Positions 9,590 to 19,225 of a stretch of DNA of 64,000 nucleotides are shown piece by piece. A model generated the notes under the pieces. It saw only the letters and a program-made list of their open reading frames with translations. It did no database searches and had not been told where the DNA came from. Origin of the DNA: a virus (taxonomy: Duplodnaviria > Caudoviricetes); the IMG/VR virus record IMGVR_UViG_3300033067_000207, positions 957 to 64,956 of that record; one strand, 5' to 3'. Every line of letters begins with the position of its first letter. Within the stretch, counting starts at the first letter, position 1. The position numbers were made by a program, and so were the translations under genes.

Positions 9590-9847
9590 ATGGAGATGGT
9601 TGTTTGGAACGCTATCCTTAGTGTACTAGGTGCAATTATGGTGATGGTCCTAAAGGCGAAGGCTGACGAAAACAAGGAACTGCGTAGGGACTTGGCCGAT
9701 GCAAAGCTTGACCTTGCGCGTAACTACGTTCCTCGCATTGAATTTAACGATGCTGTAGATAAGCTTACACGCAAAGTGGACGATGGGTTTGATAAGCTAG
9801 AGAAGAAGCTAGACCGCCTTATTGAGGGGAAACTCAATGAAAAATAA
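9590..9847 (+). CDS. Small protein with N-terminal TM helix and coiled coil
   Basis: VVWNAILSVLGAIMVMVL followed by heptad-rich sequence. Confidence 0.6.
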   Translation: MEMVVWNAILSVLGAIMVMVLKAKADENKELRRDLADAKLDLARNYVPRIEFNDAVDKLTRKVDDGFDKLEKKLDRLIEGKLNEK

Positions 9848-10061
9848 GTTTGGCTCTTGGTCTACTGGCGGTAAGTCGGCTGATGCGGGCGGTGCTCCTA
9901 TCGGGAAGGCCACACCTAAGAAGTTGAAAGCCCCGCTCAAAGGTGATATGGATATCGTATTAAAACCAACTAAGATGAAAAACAAAAATCGGGCTAACGC
10001 TAAAAAGCCCAAAGCATTTGGTGACGACGGCGTTTTTAAGCGCCTTAAGAAAGGGCTGTAA
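9837..10061 (+). CDS. Small Lys-rich hypothetical protein
   Basis: Basic ORF in a tightly packed run. Confidence 0.55.
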   Translation: MKNKFGSWSTGGKSADAGGAPIGKATPKKLKAPLKGDMDIVLKPTKMKNKNRANAKKPKAFGDDGVFKRLKKGL

Positions 10062-10062
10062 A

Positions 10063-10371
10063 ATGGCGTACAAGAAGGTAGAAGGTCGCGGCATTAAGGC
10101 CCTTGCAGGTACTTCGGACGCGGCTGCTTGGGAACGTAAAGGCAAAGCGGAAAAGCAAGCACAGGATGAATACGAGAGCGCCGTGGAAGGCAACTCTAAA
10201 ACCGGCATGGACCCGGACGCGCAAAAAGCCGCTAGCGACGCTGTTAATAAAGCAAAGAACAAAGTCGAAAAGACTTTCAACGCGCCCGCGCGTTCCTTTG
10301 CAAAAGGCGGTAAAGTTCGCGGTGTCGGGTGTGCCACTAAGGGCCACGGCAAAGCTATGAAAGGCTGCTAA
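10063..10371 (+). CDS. Small basic protein with AKGG motif
   Basis: C-terminus FAKGGKVRGVGCATKGHGK. Confidence 0.65.
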   Translation: MAYKKVEGRGIKALAGTSDAAAWERKGKAEKQAQDEYESAVEGNSKTGMDPDAQKAASDAVNKAKNKVEKTFNAPARSFAKGGKVRGVGCATKGHGKAMKGC

Positions 10372-10372
10372 T

Positions 10373-10603
10373 ATGGCTAATGAGAAAGAGCTTGAGAAAG
10401 CTGCTAAGCGCGACAAAGACAAGCCGGGTATGGGTCCAAAAGGGGCGGTTACCGGCATATCTGTGCCTCCCCCCGCGAAAAACGTTAATATTGACCCACA
10501 ATGGACTCAAGAAGCATTTAAAAAGAAGCCGGTTGTCAAGAAAGCTAAGGGTGGTATGGTGTCCCGTGGTTGGGGTAAAGCCAGAGTGCCGGGGAAAAAG
10601 TGA
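10373..10603 (+). CDS. Small basic protein with AKGG motif
   Basis: C-terminus KAKGGMVSRGWGKAR. Confidence 0.65.
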   Translation: MANEKELEKAAKRDKDKPGMGPKGAVTGISVPPPAKNVNIDPQWTQEAFKKKPVVKKAKGGMVSRGWGKARVPGKK

Positions 10604-10725
10604 TGAAAAAGAACGATATGAAACCAACTAAAATGGGTAAGAAGAAAACTATTACCCGTAAGGACGATCCGAATAAGGTTACCATGTACGCGTGTGGCGG
10701 CAAGGTTAAGAAGGGCAAGAAGTGA
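10603..10725 (+). CDS. 40-aa basic peptide (not in the ORF track)
   Basis: TGATG overlap; MKKNDMKPTKMGKKKTITRKDDPNKVTMYACGGKVKKGKK. Confidence 0.6.
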   Translation: MKKNDMKPTKMGKKKTITRKDDPNKVTMYACGGKVKKGKK

Positions 10726-10913
10726 TTAAACCGTTTATGATTATGAAGATTGAAATGAACATTGGTGGTATGAAGCCGGAAGACGCGATGGCGATGTTTA
10801 ACGGTATGGCCCCGAACGTAAATGCGGTTATGCAAGAATTGTTTAAAGATTTTTGTTCTGTGAAGGTTGAGATTAGCGCTAACCGCATAGAAACTGGACA
10901 GAAAGCAAAGTAA
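10722..10913 (+). CDS. Hypothetical protein
   Basis: 63 aa with a GTGA overlap. Confidence 0.5.
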   Translation: MIKPFMIMKIEMNIGGMKPEDAMAMFNGMAPNVNAVMQELFKDFCSVKVEISANRIETGQKAK

Positions 10914-10914
10914 G

Positions 10915-11517
10915 ATGGCGTACGGGCTGGTGTACAAGATTACCAACAGCGTTAACGGGAAATTGTACGTTGGACAAACCGTACAGAGCGTTTTGCGCCG
11001 CTGGAAATCTCATAGAAAAAACGCCAGAGACGGTAAATCTTGGCCGCTTTCCGCAGCTATACGAAAGTACGGGGCGGATAATTTTACTGTAACAACGCTG
11101 GCGCACGCGAACGATAAAGACGAACTAAACGCGCTAGAAGTAAAATATATAGCTGAATTACGGCCACACTACAACGCGTGCGCTGGTGGCGGGGGCTTAG
11201 GTCGCCCTTCTGAGGAAGTTAGGTTGAAAATGTCCGCCTCTCATAAAGTTAGGTGCGAAAAATTTGGGCCGCCCGCGACAGGAAATAAGTGGTCTGAGGA
11301 ACACAAAAAGTATTTGTCTGGTATTAATACTGGCGCGCGCAATCGTTTTTATGGTAAGAGCCACACAGACGAGACTCGCGAAAAGATGCGGCTGGCACAC
11401 GCAAACCGGCCACTTGAAACGTGTCCTAAATGTGGGAAAACTGGAATATACAGCAATATGAAGCGCTGGCATTTCGATAATTGTAGGTGGGCCAATGGCG
11501 ACGACGGACACAACTAA
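10915..11517 (+). CDS. GIY-YIG homing endonuclease with NUMOD3-like repeats
   Basis: GLVYKITNSVNGKLYVGQT...RW..H; FYGKSHTDETREKMR. Confidence 0.9.
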   Translation: MAYGLVYKITNSVNGKLYVGQTVQSVLRRWKSHRKNARDGKSWPLSAAIRKYGADNFTVTTLAHANDKDELNALEVKYIAELRPHYNACAGGGGLGRPSEEVRLKMSASHKVRCEKFGPPATGNKWSEEHKKYLSGINTGARNRFYGKSHTDETREKMRLAHANRPLETCPKCGKTGIYSNMKRWHFDNCRWANGDDGHN

Positions 11518-12205
11518 CTACAACCTTGATTTAAATGAGATAATCCAAGAAGCCTTTGATAGGTGTTCTGTGGAGGTGCGTACCGGTTACGACTTCAAGA
11601 GCGCGCGGCGCAGCCTAAACCTGCTGTTTATGGATTGGGCTTCGAAGGGTTTGAATTTGTGGACCATCAAAGAAGCCACAATCCCAATGGTGCAGGGCCA
11701 AATTGCGTACGATTTGCCTCTAGATTGCGTCGATATCTTGGACGCGGTAATTCGTACGGGCACCGGCACCACCCAATCGGACGTTAGTATTACGCGTATA
11801 GGCAACACAGACTACCTCAATTTGCCTAATAAAAACGCGCAGGGGCGTCCTATTCAATACTGGGTAAATAGAAAAACCGGAGCCACGAACAGTGTAGGTA
11901 CAGTACAGTACCCGCAAGTATACATGTACTTGGCACCAAATCAGTCTAATTACTACACGCTCGTGTTTTATTACTTGCGGCGTATGCAAGACTCTGGGTT
12001 CGGCGTTAATACGCAGGATATTCCGTTTCGCCTTATGCCCGCTCTGGTGGCGGGTTTGGCCTATTACATGGCGCTGAAAATTCCTGACGCCTATTCGCGT
12101 CTCCCCGATCTGAAAATGATCTATGATGAAGCTTGGCAGAATGCCTCTGACGAAGACCGGGAAAAAGCCACTCTAAGGCTAGTACCTCGTCAGTCGTACA
12201 TCTAG
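11495..12205 (+). CDS. Head-tail adaptor protein
   Basis: Typical ARRSLNLLFMDWASKGLNLWTI...GLAYYMALK sequence; position after the head genes. Confidence 0.65.
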   Translation: MATTDTTNYNLDLNEIIQEAFDRCSVEVRTGYDFKSARRSLNLLFMDWASKGLNLWTIKEATIPMVQGQIAYDLPLDCVDILDAVIRTGTGTTQSDVSITRIGNTDYLNLPNKNAQGRPIQYWVNRKTGATNSVGTVQYPQVYMYLAPNQSNYYTLVFYYLRRMQDSGFGVNTQDIPFRLMPALVAGLAYYMALKIPDAYSRLPDLKMIYDEAWQNASDEDREKATLRLVPRQSYI

Positions 12206-12213
12206 GAGCTTGA

Positions 12214-12657
12214 ATGTCGGGTAGTTTCGCCTCTTATAAAAATCCTATCGCAGAATGCGATCAGTGCGGTTTCCAAGTTAAGAGGAAGACGCTTAAAGCA
12301 CTGACGATTAAAGGGCGACCCACAGAGATACTAGTTTGCAAGGACTGCTGGGTGAAAGAAAACCCACAGATTTATACGGGTATGTATCCTGTGTACGACC
12401 CTCAGGCTATCCAAGACCCGCGTCCCGATACGACCTACTGGCAATCCGGCTGGACTGGCCTACAAGTAGATGTTATCAACCCTACTAACCCTAACGCAGA
12501 ACTCTCTTTCGGCTATCCCGGTGAGGGTAGCCGTGTTATACAGTGGGGATGGAACCCGGTTGGATTGAATAACCCGTTAGAACTTAGCGGGCTAGAGAAC
12601 TACCTAGAGGCGACCGGCTCCGTTGGGTCGGTTACTGTGCAGACGAACGAGGATTAA
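12214..12657 (+). CDS. Hypothetical protein with CxxC...CxxC
   Basis: CDQCG...CKDC, then DPQAIQDPRPD. Confidence 0.65.
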   Translation: MSGSFASYKNPIAECDQCGFQVKRKTLKALTIKGRPTEILVCKDCWVKENPQIYTGMYPVYDPQAIQDPRPDTTYWQSGWTGLQVDVINPTNPNAELSFGYPGEGSRVIQWGWNPVGLNNPLELSGLENYLEATGSVGSVTVQTNED

Positions 12658-12658
12658 A

Positions 12659-12820
12659 ATGAAACACGACGACAGCAAAGAAGACTACGGTTCGCCAAAG
12701 AAGGAAGCCACGCCGAACTTCGCTGGCTACCCGAATAACGTTAAGTCTACCAAGACCGCCAAGATGCGCGGTACTGGCTGCGCCACCAAGGGCACTAAAT
12801 ATTCTGGCCGGAATGTCTAA
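12659..12820 (+). CDS. Small basic protein
   Basis: Ends MRGTGCATKGTK, similar to the C-terminus of ORF 10063. Confidence 0.6.
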   Translation: MKHDDSKEDYGSPKKEATPNFAGYPNNVKSTKTAKMRGTGCATKGTKYSGRNV

Positions 12821-13482
12821 TGAATTACGCGGAACTCAAGAAAACTGTTTGTTCCTACGTCGAGAACGATTTCCCTGAAACAATCGGGACAAACTCACTC
12901 ACGTCTGACGAGCAACTCGCCGCGTTCACGCGGCAGGCAGAAGACCGCATTTACAACTCCGTGCAGTTTTTGGAGTTGCGTAAGAACGTTACTGGTAACG
13001 TAACCGCCTCTTTCCCGTACCTGTCTGTGCCGTCTGACTGGCTTGCTAATTATTCCATTGCGGTTATCGACACGGTTACGGGAGCCTACGACTACTTGAA
13101 CGTGGTGGATGTCAACTACATTCGCGCCGCGTATCCGATCCCTACGCAGACTGGTAAGCCTCAGTATTACGCCATGTTTGACGAGGACAGCTACATTCTC
13201 GGACCTACGCCTGACGCCGCGTACGAAGTTGAGCTTCATTATTTCTACTACCCTCCGTCGATTGTTGACGCTGGTACTTCGTGGATTGGCGATAACTTTG
13301 ACATGCTGCTGTTGTACGGCACGATCCTTGAAGCCTACACCCTTATGAAGGGTGAAGAAGACGTTATGAAGAACTACCAGAAGCGTTACAACGAAGCCCT
13401 TGCTATGGCTGTAAACTTGGCAAGCGGTAAGAACCGCACCGACGCGTACCGCACCCGACAATTTAATGTGGTCCCTAGATAG
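12820..13482 (+). CDS. Tail/neck connector protein (tail tubular-like)
   Basis: GKPQYYAMFD...LGPTPDAAYEVELHYFYYP...LLLYGTILEAY. Confidence 0.65.
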   Translation: MNYAELKKTVCSYVENDFPETIGTNSLTSDEQLAAFTRQAEDRIYNSVQFLELRKNVTGNVTASFPYLSVPSDWLANYSIAVIDTVTGAYDYLNVVDVNYIRAAYPIPTQTGKPQYYAMFDEDSYILGPTPDAAYEVELHYFYYPPSIVDAGTSWIGDNFDMLLLYGTILEAYTLMKGEEDVMKNYQKRYNEALAMAVNLASGKNRTDAYRTRQFNVVPR

Positions 13483-13491
13483 GAGATATGA

Positions 13492-13776
13492 GTGTTTAAG
13501 CCCCTTACCGGTGAGATTGGCAATGTTATAGTGCAGACGACTTCGAATGCGGGTGCGTCTACTGAGGCGCTAGCCGAACGGGCACTGGATAAAATCTTGT
13601 TTGTGGGTAGTCAGGCGCATCCTGTTATCCGCGAGCAGGCGGAAGTATTTAAGTCCAACATTAGGAACGTATTGCTTTACTACATAGAAGAAGCTAAACG
13701 TGCTGAACGAGTTACTATTGCCGGAAAAATTCGTAAGGCCGGTATGGAGCATTTAATTCCGGTTATAGATTCCTAG
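13492..13776 (+). CDS. Hypothetical protein
   Basis: GTG start 6 nt after AGGAG. Confidence 0.6.
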   Translation: MFKPLTGEIGNVIVQTTSNAGASTEALAERALDKILFVGSQAHPVIREQAEVFKSNIRNVLLYYIEEAKRAERVTIAGKIRKAGMEHLIPVIDS

Positions 13777-13785
13777 GAGCGTAAA

Positions 13786-14268
13786 ATGCCTATTACACAA
13801 ACCCTAACTTCCAGCTTTAAAGCCGAAGTGCTTCTCGGCGTCCATGACTTCCGACCAACCGGGCAGACTGGCGCAGATACTTTCAAGCTGGCTCTCTATA
13901 CGTCCTCCGCGACTCTGGACGCCAACACGACCGCGTATTCGGCCACTAACGAAGCGACGGGCACGAACTATACGGCTGGTGGCTCTGCGCTTACTAGCCT
14001 TGGCGTTACTACGTATTCTACATCTAGTTCCGCTGGTACTGGCGCGGTTGACTTCTCTGACTTGACGTTCGCTAACGTGACGATCACGGCTCGCGGCTGC
14101 TTAATTTACAACTCGACGCCTTCGGCGAACTCGAACGCCAACACCACGTTGACGAATGCTGCGGTGGCTTGCTTGGACTTCGGCTCTGACAAGACTTCCA
14201 CGGACGGCGATTTCACGATCATCTTCCCGGCACTGTCCAACACTACGGCGATCATTCGTATCTCGTAA
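13786..14268 (+). CDS. Tail-associated structural protein
   Basis: SFKAEVLLGVHDF...FKLALYTSSATL...ITARGCLIYN...LDFGSDKTST. Confidence 0.65.
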   Translation: MPITQTLTSSFKAEVLLGVHDFRPTGQTGADTFKLALYTSSATLDANTTAYSATNEATGTNYTAGGSALTSLGVTTYSTSSSAGTGAVDFSDLTFANVTITARGCLIYNSTPSANSNANTTLTNAAVACLDFGSDKTSTDGDFTIIFPALSNTTAIIRIS

Positions 14269-14277
14269 GGACACACA

Positions 14278-15609
14278 ATGGCGCTAGTCTTCAAAGATAG
14301 AGTGCGAGATACCTCTACCACTACTGGTACGGGCACCCTTACTTTGTCTAACGTTGCGCCTACGGGGTATCAGACGTTTGGCACCGCGATTGGTGACGCC
14401 AACCAGACCTATTACTGTATCCTGCTAGGAGCAAACTGGGAAGTCGGTGTTGGTACTTATACCTCTTCCGGTACAACTCTGTCTCGTACTACGGTCCTCG
14501 CCTCGTCCAACTCTGGCTCGCTAGTCAACTTCCCGGCTGGCTCTAAGGACGTATTCACCGTTTACCCGGCTGGCCTAGCGGCTGATACTAATAACTACAA
14601 CGCCATTATTAACGGTGATATGAATATCTGGCAGCGGGGGACGAGTTTCGCGGCGATTGCCAACGGCGCATTTTTTGCTGATCGCTGGCGTTACGTCACA
14701 AATTCCACCGCTGTTCACACGATAACTCGCGATACAGATGTTCCAACTGTTGCGCAGGCTGGTCGGCTATTCAACTACTCGACTCTGGTTGATTGCACGA
14801 CTGCTGACGGTACCGTGGGTGCGGGCGAGGTCACCTACATCGCCCAAAAAGTAGAGGGCTTTAATTGGCTTCCCCTCGCGCAGCGCGCAATCATTATCAG
14901 CTTTTGGGTTAAAGCGACGAAGACTGGCGTTTACTGCGTTTCACTTAGAAACAGCGGCGTTGACCGATCCTATGTCGGCGAATACACCGTTAACACAACA
15001 GCGACGTGGGAATTCAAGACCGTCGCAATCACTGCCAGTCCAAGTGCGGGAACGTGGAATTATACTAATGGAACGGGCGTTGATGTTGCATTCGCGCTGT
15101 TGTGCGGCTCGACGTCGCAGACCACGGCAGGCGCTTGGCAAACCGGAAACTTCATAGCAACCGCAAACCAAGTCAACGCGTGTGACTCTACCGCTAACGA
15201 CTTCAGAATTACCGGCGTCAAACTTGAACCCGGCTCTGTGGCGACAATGAGCCTGCCTCAGACGTACGATAAAGAGTTAATGTCTTGCCAGCGGTACTAC
15301 AACACGAAAACAATCGTTATGTATACCGTATTTTCATCTTACTACGGAGGCAGCAACGCCGTAGCGCCGTTTTACGACTACCCGGTACCCATGCGAACAT
15401 CGCCGTCCTTGTCTATAACTAACGCCGGGATAGAATATTACTCTTTTGCGGGAGTATGGACAGCATCAACGCTTATTAACTGGTCTACATCTGTGTTTGG
15501 TGTTCAGGTTTCGTGTGCTAGTGACGGGGACGGTAGAGGCAAGCTTGTACGTTCCGGTTCTGGCGGAGTAGACCCAAGCCCAATTTTGGTTCTTAGCGCA
15601 GAACTATAG
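14278..15609 (+). CDS. Tail fibre/receptor-binding protein, paralog 1
   Basis: ALVFKDRVRDT N-terminus; IINGDMNIWQRGT; ELMSCQRYY...PVPMRTSP...SAEL. Confidence 0.7.
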   Translation: MALVFKDRVRDTSTTTGTGTLTLSNVAPTGYQTFGTAIGDANQTYYCILLGANWEVGVGTYTSSGTTLSRTTVLASSNSGSLVNFPAGSKDVFTVYPAGLAADTNNYNAIINGDMNIWQRGTSFAAIANGAFFADRWRYVTNSTAVHTITRDTDVPTVAQAGRLFNYSTLVDCTTADGTVGAGEVTYIAQKVEGFNWLPLAQRAIIISFWVKATKTGVYCVSLRNSGVDRSYVGEYTVNTTATWEFKTVAITASPSAGTWNYTNGTGVDVAFALLCGSTSQTTAGAWQTGNFIATANQVNACDSTANDFRITGVKLEPGSVATMSLPQTYDKELMSCQRYYNTKTIVMYTVFSSYYGGSNAVAPFYDYPVPMRTSPSLSITNAGIEYYSFAGVWTASTLINWSTSVFGVQVSCASDGDGRGKLVRSGSGGVDPSPILVLSAEL

Positions 15610-15617
15610 AGGGAAAA

Positions 15618-15785
15618 ATGAAATACGTTAACGCACAACAAAACACAATCGACGCCGGGCCAGACTGGCAAGCTCTTGGTTTCCAAGGGCAATATATTCC
15701 AGTATGCCCCGGCAATTCAGACTACGATAAGATTATACGCGAGAACATTGAAGTTCTGCCTTTTGAAGAACCAGTAACGGAATAA
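15618..15785 (+). CDS. 55-aa protein, possible fibre assembly factor (not in the ORF track)
   Basis: MKYVNAQQ...IPVCPGNSDYDKII...; fills the gap between the two fibre genes; purine-rich RBS. Confidence 0.6.
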   Translation: MKYVNAQQNTIDAGPDWQALGFQGQYIPVCPGNSDYDKIIRENIEVLPFEEPVTE

Positions 15786-15789
15786 GTAA

Positions 15790-17115
15790 ATGGCGCTAGT
15801 TGTTTCAGACCGAGTAAGAGACACCTCTACCACTACTGGTACGGGCACATATACTTTGTCTGGAACGCCGCCTACTGGCTTCCAAGCGTTCTCGGCTATC
15901 GGCGACGGCAACACCACGTACTACTGCGCCACCTTTGGATCAAACTGGGAAGTCGGAGTTGGTACGTATACTACCGCTGGTACGACGCTTGCGCGCACTC
16001 TTATTATCGCGTCTTCAAACTCCAACGCTGCCGTAAACTGGGGTGCGGGTACCAAGGATATTTTCTGTACTTTCCCCGCTGGTCTGGCGGCTGATACCAA
16101 CAACACTAATTTCATTATCAACGGCGACATGATTGTATGGCAACGCGGAACCACGTTCACCGCCGCCGCTAATGGCGCGTACACCGCTGATAGGTTTGTA
16201 TATTTAAAGTCTGGGGCGATGGTGCACGATGTTTTGTTGTCAACGGACGTGCCCACGGTTGCCCAAGCGGGTAGGCTCTTTAGTTACTCCGCTCTTATAG
16301 ATTGCACCACCGCCGACGCTTCTATTGCGGCGGGGGAGTATTGCTGCTACAGACAGAACATCGAGGGGATTAACTTTGTTCCTATAGCGCAGCGCACCTT
16401 TACACTTTCTTTCTGGGTTAAAGCCACTAAGACCGGCGTTTACTGCGTAAGCTTTTCTAATTCTGGGAACGACCGCACCTACATAGCCGAGTACACAATC
16501 AACGCCACCGACACTTGGGAATTTAAAACAATTACAGTGCCCCCGAGCCCCGCCGCTGGCACTTGGAACTATACAACTGGTCTTGGGGTAACAGTAACTT
16601 TTACTCTAGCCACTGGTTCTACGTACCAAACAACGGCCAACGCTTGGCAAACTGGTATTTTTCTGGGGACTGCGAACCAAGTAAACGCGTGCGACTCTAC
16701 GTCCAACAACTTTAGAATTACGGGTGTTAAAGTAGAACCCGGCAACGTAGCTACCATGAGTTTGCCGAAGACGTTTGACGAGGAGTTGGCGGCGTGTCAG
16801 AGGTATTGTTTTGTACCAGCAAACGCTGGTAACCAAGGTATTTGCGGCGGATACAGCAACGCCACAACAAGCGCCAGAGCCGTTGTTCAATTTCCAGTGG
16901 AAATGCGTACGGCCCCTTCTCTTTCTGTTGCTACGCCGGGGCGTATATATTTTCAGAGTACGGCTAACTACACAAGTTCGGCGGTTACGGGTATTCTAAC
17001 GTCATCAAAAACCTCTTTGTTTGAGTTAACACTTTCCGGAGCCACGGCTGGACAGGGCGGCACAATATTAACCCAAACGGGCGATCCCGGCATTATATTT
17101 AGCGCAGAACTGTAA
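15790..17115 (+). CDS. Tail fibre/receptor-binding protein, paralog 2
   Basis: Collinear with 14278..15609 over about three quarters of its length; divergent C-terminal domain. Confidence 0.7.
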   Translation: MALVVSDRVRDTSTTTGTGTYTLSGTPPTGFQAFSAIGDGNTTYYCATFGSNWEVGVGTYTTAGTTLARTLIIASSNSNAAVNWGAGTKDIFCTFPAGLAADTNNTNFIINGDMIVWQRGTTFTAAANGAYTADRFVYLKSGAMVHDVLLSTDVPTVAQAGRLFSYSALIDCTTADASIAAGEYCCYRQNIEGINFVPIAQRTFTLSFWVKATKTGVYCVSFSNSGNDRTYIAEYTINATDTWEFKTITVPPSPAAGTWNYTTGLGVTVTFTLATGSTYQTTANAWQTGIFLGTANQVNACDSTSNNFRITGVKVEPGNVATMSLPKTFDEELAACQRYCFVPANAGNQGICGGYSNATTSARAVVQFPVEMRTAPSLSVATPGRIYFQSTANYTSSAVTGILTSSKTSLFELTLSGATAGQGGTILTQTGDPGIIFSAEL

Positions 17116-17172
17116 CCTTGTGGGAATACTAGGATAGTGGTAACAAGATAAAGGCTACTCAGGGAGGGCTAC

Positions 17173-18051
17173 ATGTTTGGTTTTGACGCCTTTTCTGATG
17201 CACCGTTCTCCGCCTTTCCGGCTGATGAATTTGTTTATGTTACCGGTGTTTCTGCTCAGGCCGACCTAGGCGCGATCAATTTTGCCGTTGGTCCGGTTGG
17301 GACTATTTCTGACGGCACACTATCCGATTTGTTCCCTACCGCCGCTGCGGTAGCTCTGGATGGTTTTGGTGCCACGGCGGCTCTTGGCTCTGTTACAACG
17401 CAAGCCAAAGCAAACGTTACACTTACTGGCCTGTCCGCTATCGCGGCTCTTGGTTCTGTTACAACGCAAGCCAAGGCAAACGTCACTGTTACGGGCGTGG
17501 CCGCTGCGGCGTCTTTGGGCTCCGTCTCTGTTCGCGCCAAGGCAAACGTCACTGTTACGGGCGTGGCCGCTGCGGCGTCTTTGGGCTCCGTCTCTGTTCG
17601 CGCCAAAGCAAACGTTACTGTTACTGGCCTATCCGCTATCGCGGCTCTTGGTTCTGTTACAACGCAAGCCAAAGCAAACGTTACTCTTACCGGCCTACCC
17701 GCGACCGCCAGCCTTGGTGATATTACGCTTAACACCAACAACTACATTAACGTAACTGGCTTCGGCTTGACCGCCTATCTCGGCGACGTTGAAATTGACG
17801 CCAAGGCTATTGTCTATCTTACCGGCGTGCAGGCCAACGCCTACACTAACACTGTGCTTGTCTGGGGTCAGATTCCGACGCCGCAAAACCCCGACTGGCA
17901 GCTTATTGATGAGTCTCAAACGCCGGGGTGGACCGGTATAAACACGACGCAAATTTCCGGGTGGACGGCGGTTAATACTTCTGCTACAGATAATTGGACT
18001 GCCATAAACGCGGCCCAAACCCCCGGATGGAGTGTCGTAGTAACTAAATAG
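17173..18051 (+). CDS. Virion protein with internal 22-aa repeats
   Basis: MFGFDAFSDAPFS N-terminus; repeats of LGSVxxxAKANVTxTG. Confidence 0.7.
   Translation: MFGFDAFSDAPFSAFPADEFVYVTGVSAQADLGAINFAVGPVGTISDGTLSDLFPTAAAVALDGFGATAALGSVTTQAKANVTLTGLSAIAALGSVTTQAKANVTVTGVAAAASLGSVSVRAKANVTVTGVAAAASLGSVSVRAKANVTVTGLSAIAALGSVTTQAKANVTLTGLPATASLGDITLNTNNYINVTGFGLTAYLGDVEIDAKAIVYLTGVQANAYTNTVLVWGQIPTPQNPDWQLIDESQTPGWTGINTTQISGWTAVNTSATDNWTAINAAQTPGWSVVVTK
17380..17715 (+). repeat. About five 66-bp tandem repeats (coding)
   Basis: For example GCCAAGGCAAACGTCACTGTTACGGGCG at 17470 and 17536, 66 bp apart. Confidence 0.9.
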
Positions 18052-18059
18052 GGTGATAT

Positions 18060-19223
18060 ATGGCTAGTTCGTGGTCTGACCTAAAAATTCAGCTTATGGC
18101 GTCTGGGGAAAACACGACGACTTGGGGGAACGTTACAAATCTAAACTGGACCAACGTACAGTCCATGATCTGTGGCACTGACTCCGTGACCTTCGCAAGT
18201 GCGAACGAAACGCTTACTCTAACAAATACTACCGGCCCGCAAACCGCACGGTTTGCCCGGCTTGAGCTGACTGGTACTACGGGGGGTTCCAGCCGGGACC
18301 TGATTGTCCCAACCGTCGAAAAGACTTACATTATTTATAATTCCTGCGCGGATACAGTTCGTGTAAAGACCGCTGCCGGTACCGGAGTAAATGTGCCCGC
18401 TGGTAAATCTACCAGTGTTGTCGTAGACGGCACGAACGTTGTTGCCGCAGAAGATTATTTTCCAAACGTTACGACAAACACTTTAACCGCGTCGAATGGT
18501 ACGTTTGGTACTCCTCTTGGCATTACTTCTGGCGGTACTGGTTCTAATACGGCTGCGGGCGCCCTTGCCGCGCTGTTCCCCGTTGGGGTTATCCTAGATT
18601 ACGGTGGCACTTCTGCGCCAACTGGATGGTTGCTGGCTTACGGTCAGAACGTCTCACGGTCCACGTATTCCGCGCTTTTTGCGGTGTTTGGCACTACTTA
18701 TGGGGCGGGTGATGGGTCTACTACCTTCGGATTGCCAGACTATCGCGGGCGCGTAGGCGCAGGTAAAGATGACATGGGCGGTGTTGCTGCTTCGCGTATT
18801 ACTTCGGCGGGTAGTGGAGTTGATGGAGCTACATTGGGAGCCTCTGGCGGTGCCCAATCTACTACGCTTGTTGTTAGTAATTTGCCTTCACATACCCACG
18901 CCTTGACAGATGGCGGGCACACACACACCGCAAACGCGCATAACCACGGCGTTACTGACCCAACACACTCGCATACATATTCCGCAGAAATCGTTACGGC
19001 GGGCTCTAACAACAGACAGTTAACCGCTGGCTCACCCAATTATCACGTAGACCTCAGTGGTAGTACAGACGCCGCTTCAACCGGTATTAGTATAAATAAT
19101 GCCACTGTAACCCTGCAAACAGCCGTAACTGGGATTACCTTAGCCAACACGGGTTCTGGTTCGGCCTTTGCCACACTACCACCCACCATAATTGTCAATA
19201 AGATCATCTTTGCTGGAGTATAG
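18060..19223 (+). CDS. Tail fibre protein with phage tail-collar domain
   Basis: PVGVILDYGGTSAPTGWLLAYGQNVSRSTYSALFAVFGTTYGAGDGSTTFGLPDYRGR. Confidence 0.85.
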   Translation: MASSWSDLKIQLMASGENTTTWGNVTNLNWTNVQSMICGTDSVTFASANETLTLTNTTGPQTARFARLELTGTTGGSSRDLIVPTVEKTYIIYNSCADTVRVKTAAGTGVNVPAGKSTSVVVDGTNVVAAEDYFPNVTTNTLTASNGTFGTPLGITSGGTGSNTAAGALAALFPVGVILDYGGTSAPTGWLLAYGQNVSRSTYSALFAVFGTTYGAGDGSTTFGLPDYRGRVGAGKDDMGGVAASRITSAGSGVDGATLGASGGAQSTTLVVSNLPSHTHALTDGGHTHTANAHNHGVTDPTHSHTYSAEIVTAGSNNRQLTAGSPNYHVDLSGSTDAASTGISINNATVTLQTAVTGITLANTGSGSAFATLPPTIIVNKIIFAGV

Positions 19224-19225
19224 TA

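Noticed and set aside
13488-13499. ATG-AGT-GTT-TAA suggesting a frameshifted pseudogene
   Set aside because: That ATG is only 2 nt from AGGAG. The GTG at 13492 has proper spacing and opens an intact ORF.
14278-17115. Diversity-generating retroelement acting on the duplicated fibre genes
   Set aside because: No reverse transcriptase in the window, and the differences between copies are not adenine-specific. The tips are wholesale divergent.
17380-17715. CRISPR array
   Set aside because: The repeats are contiguous and in frame within a CDS, with no unique spacers and no cas genes.
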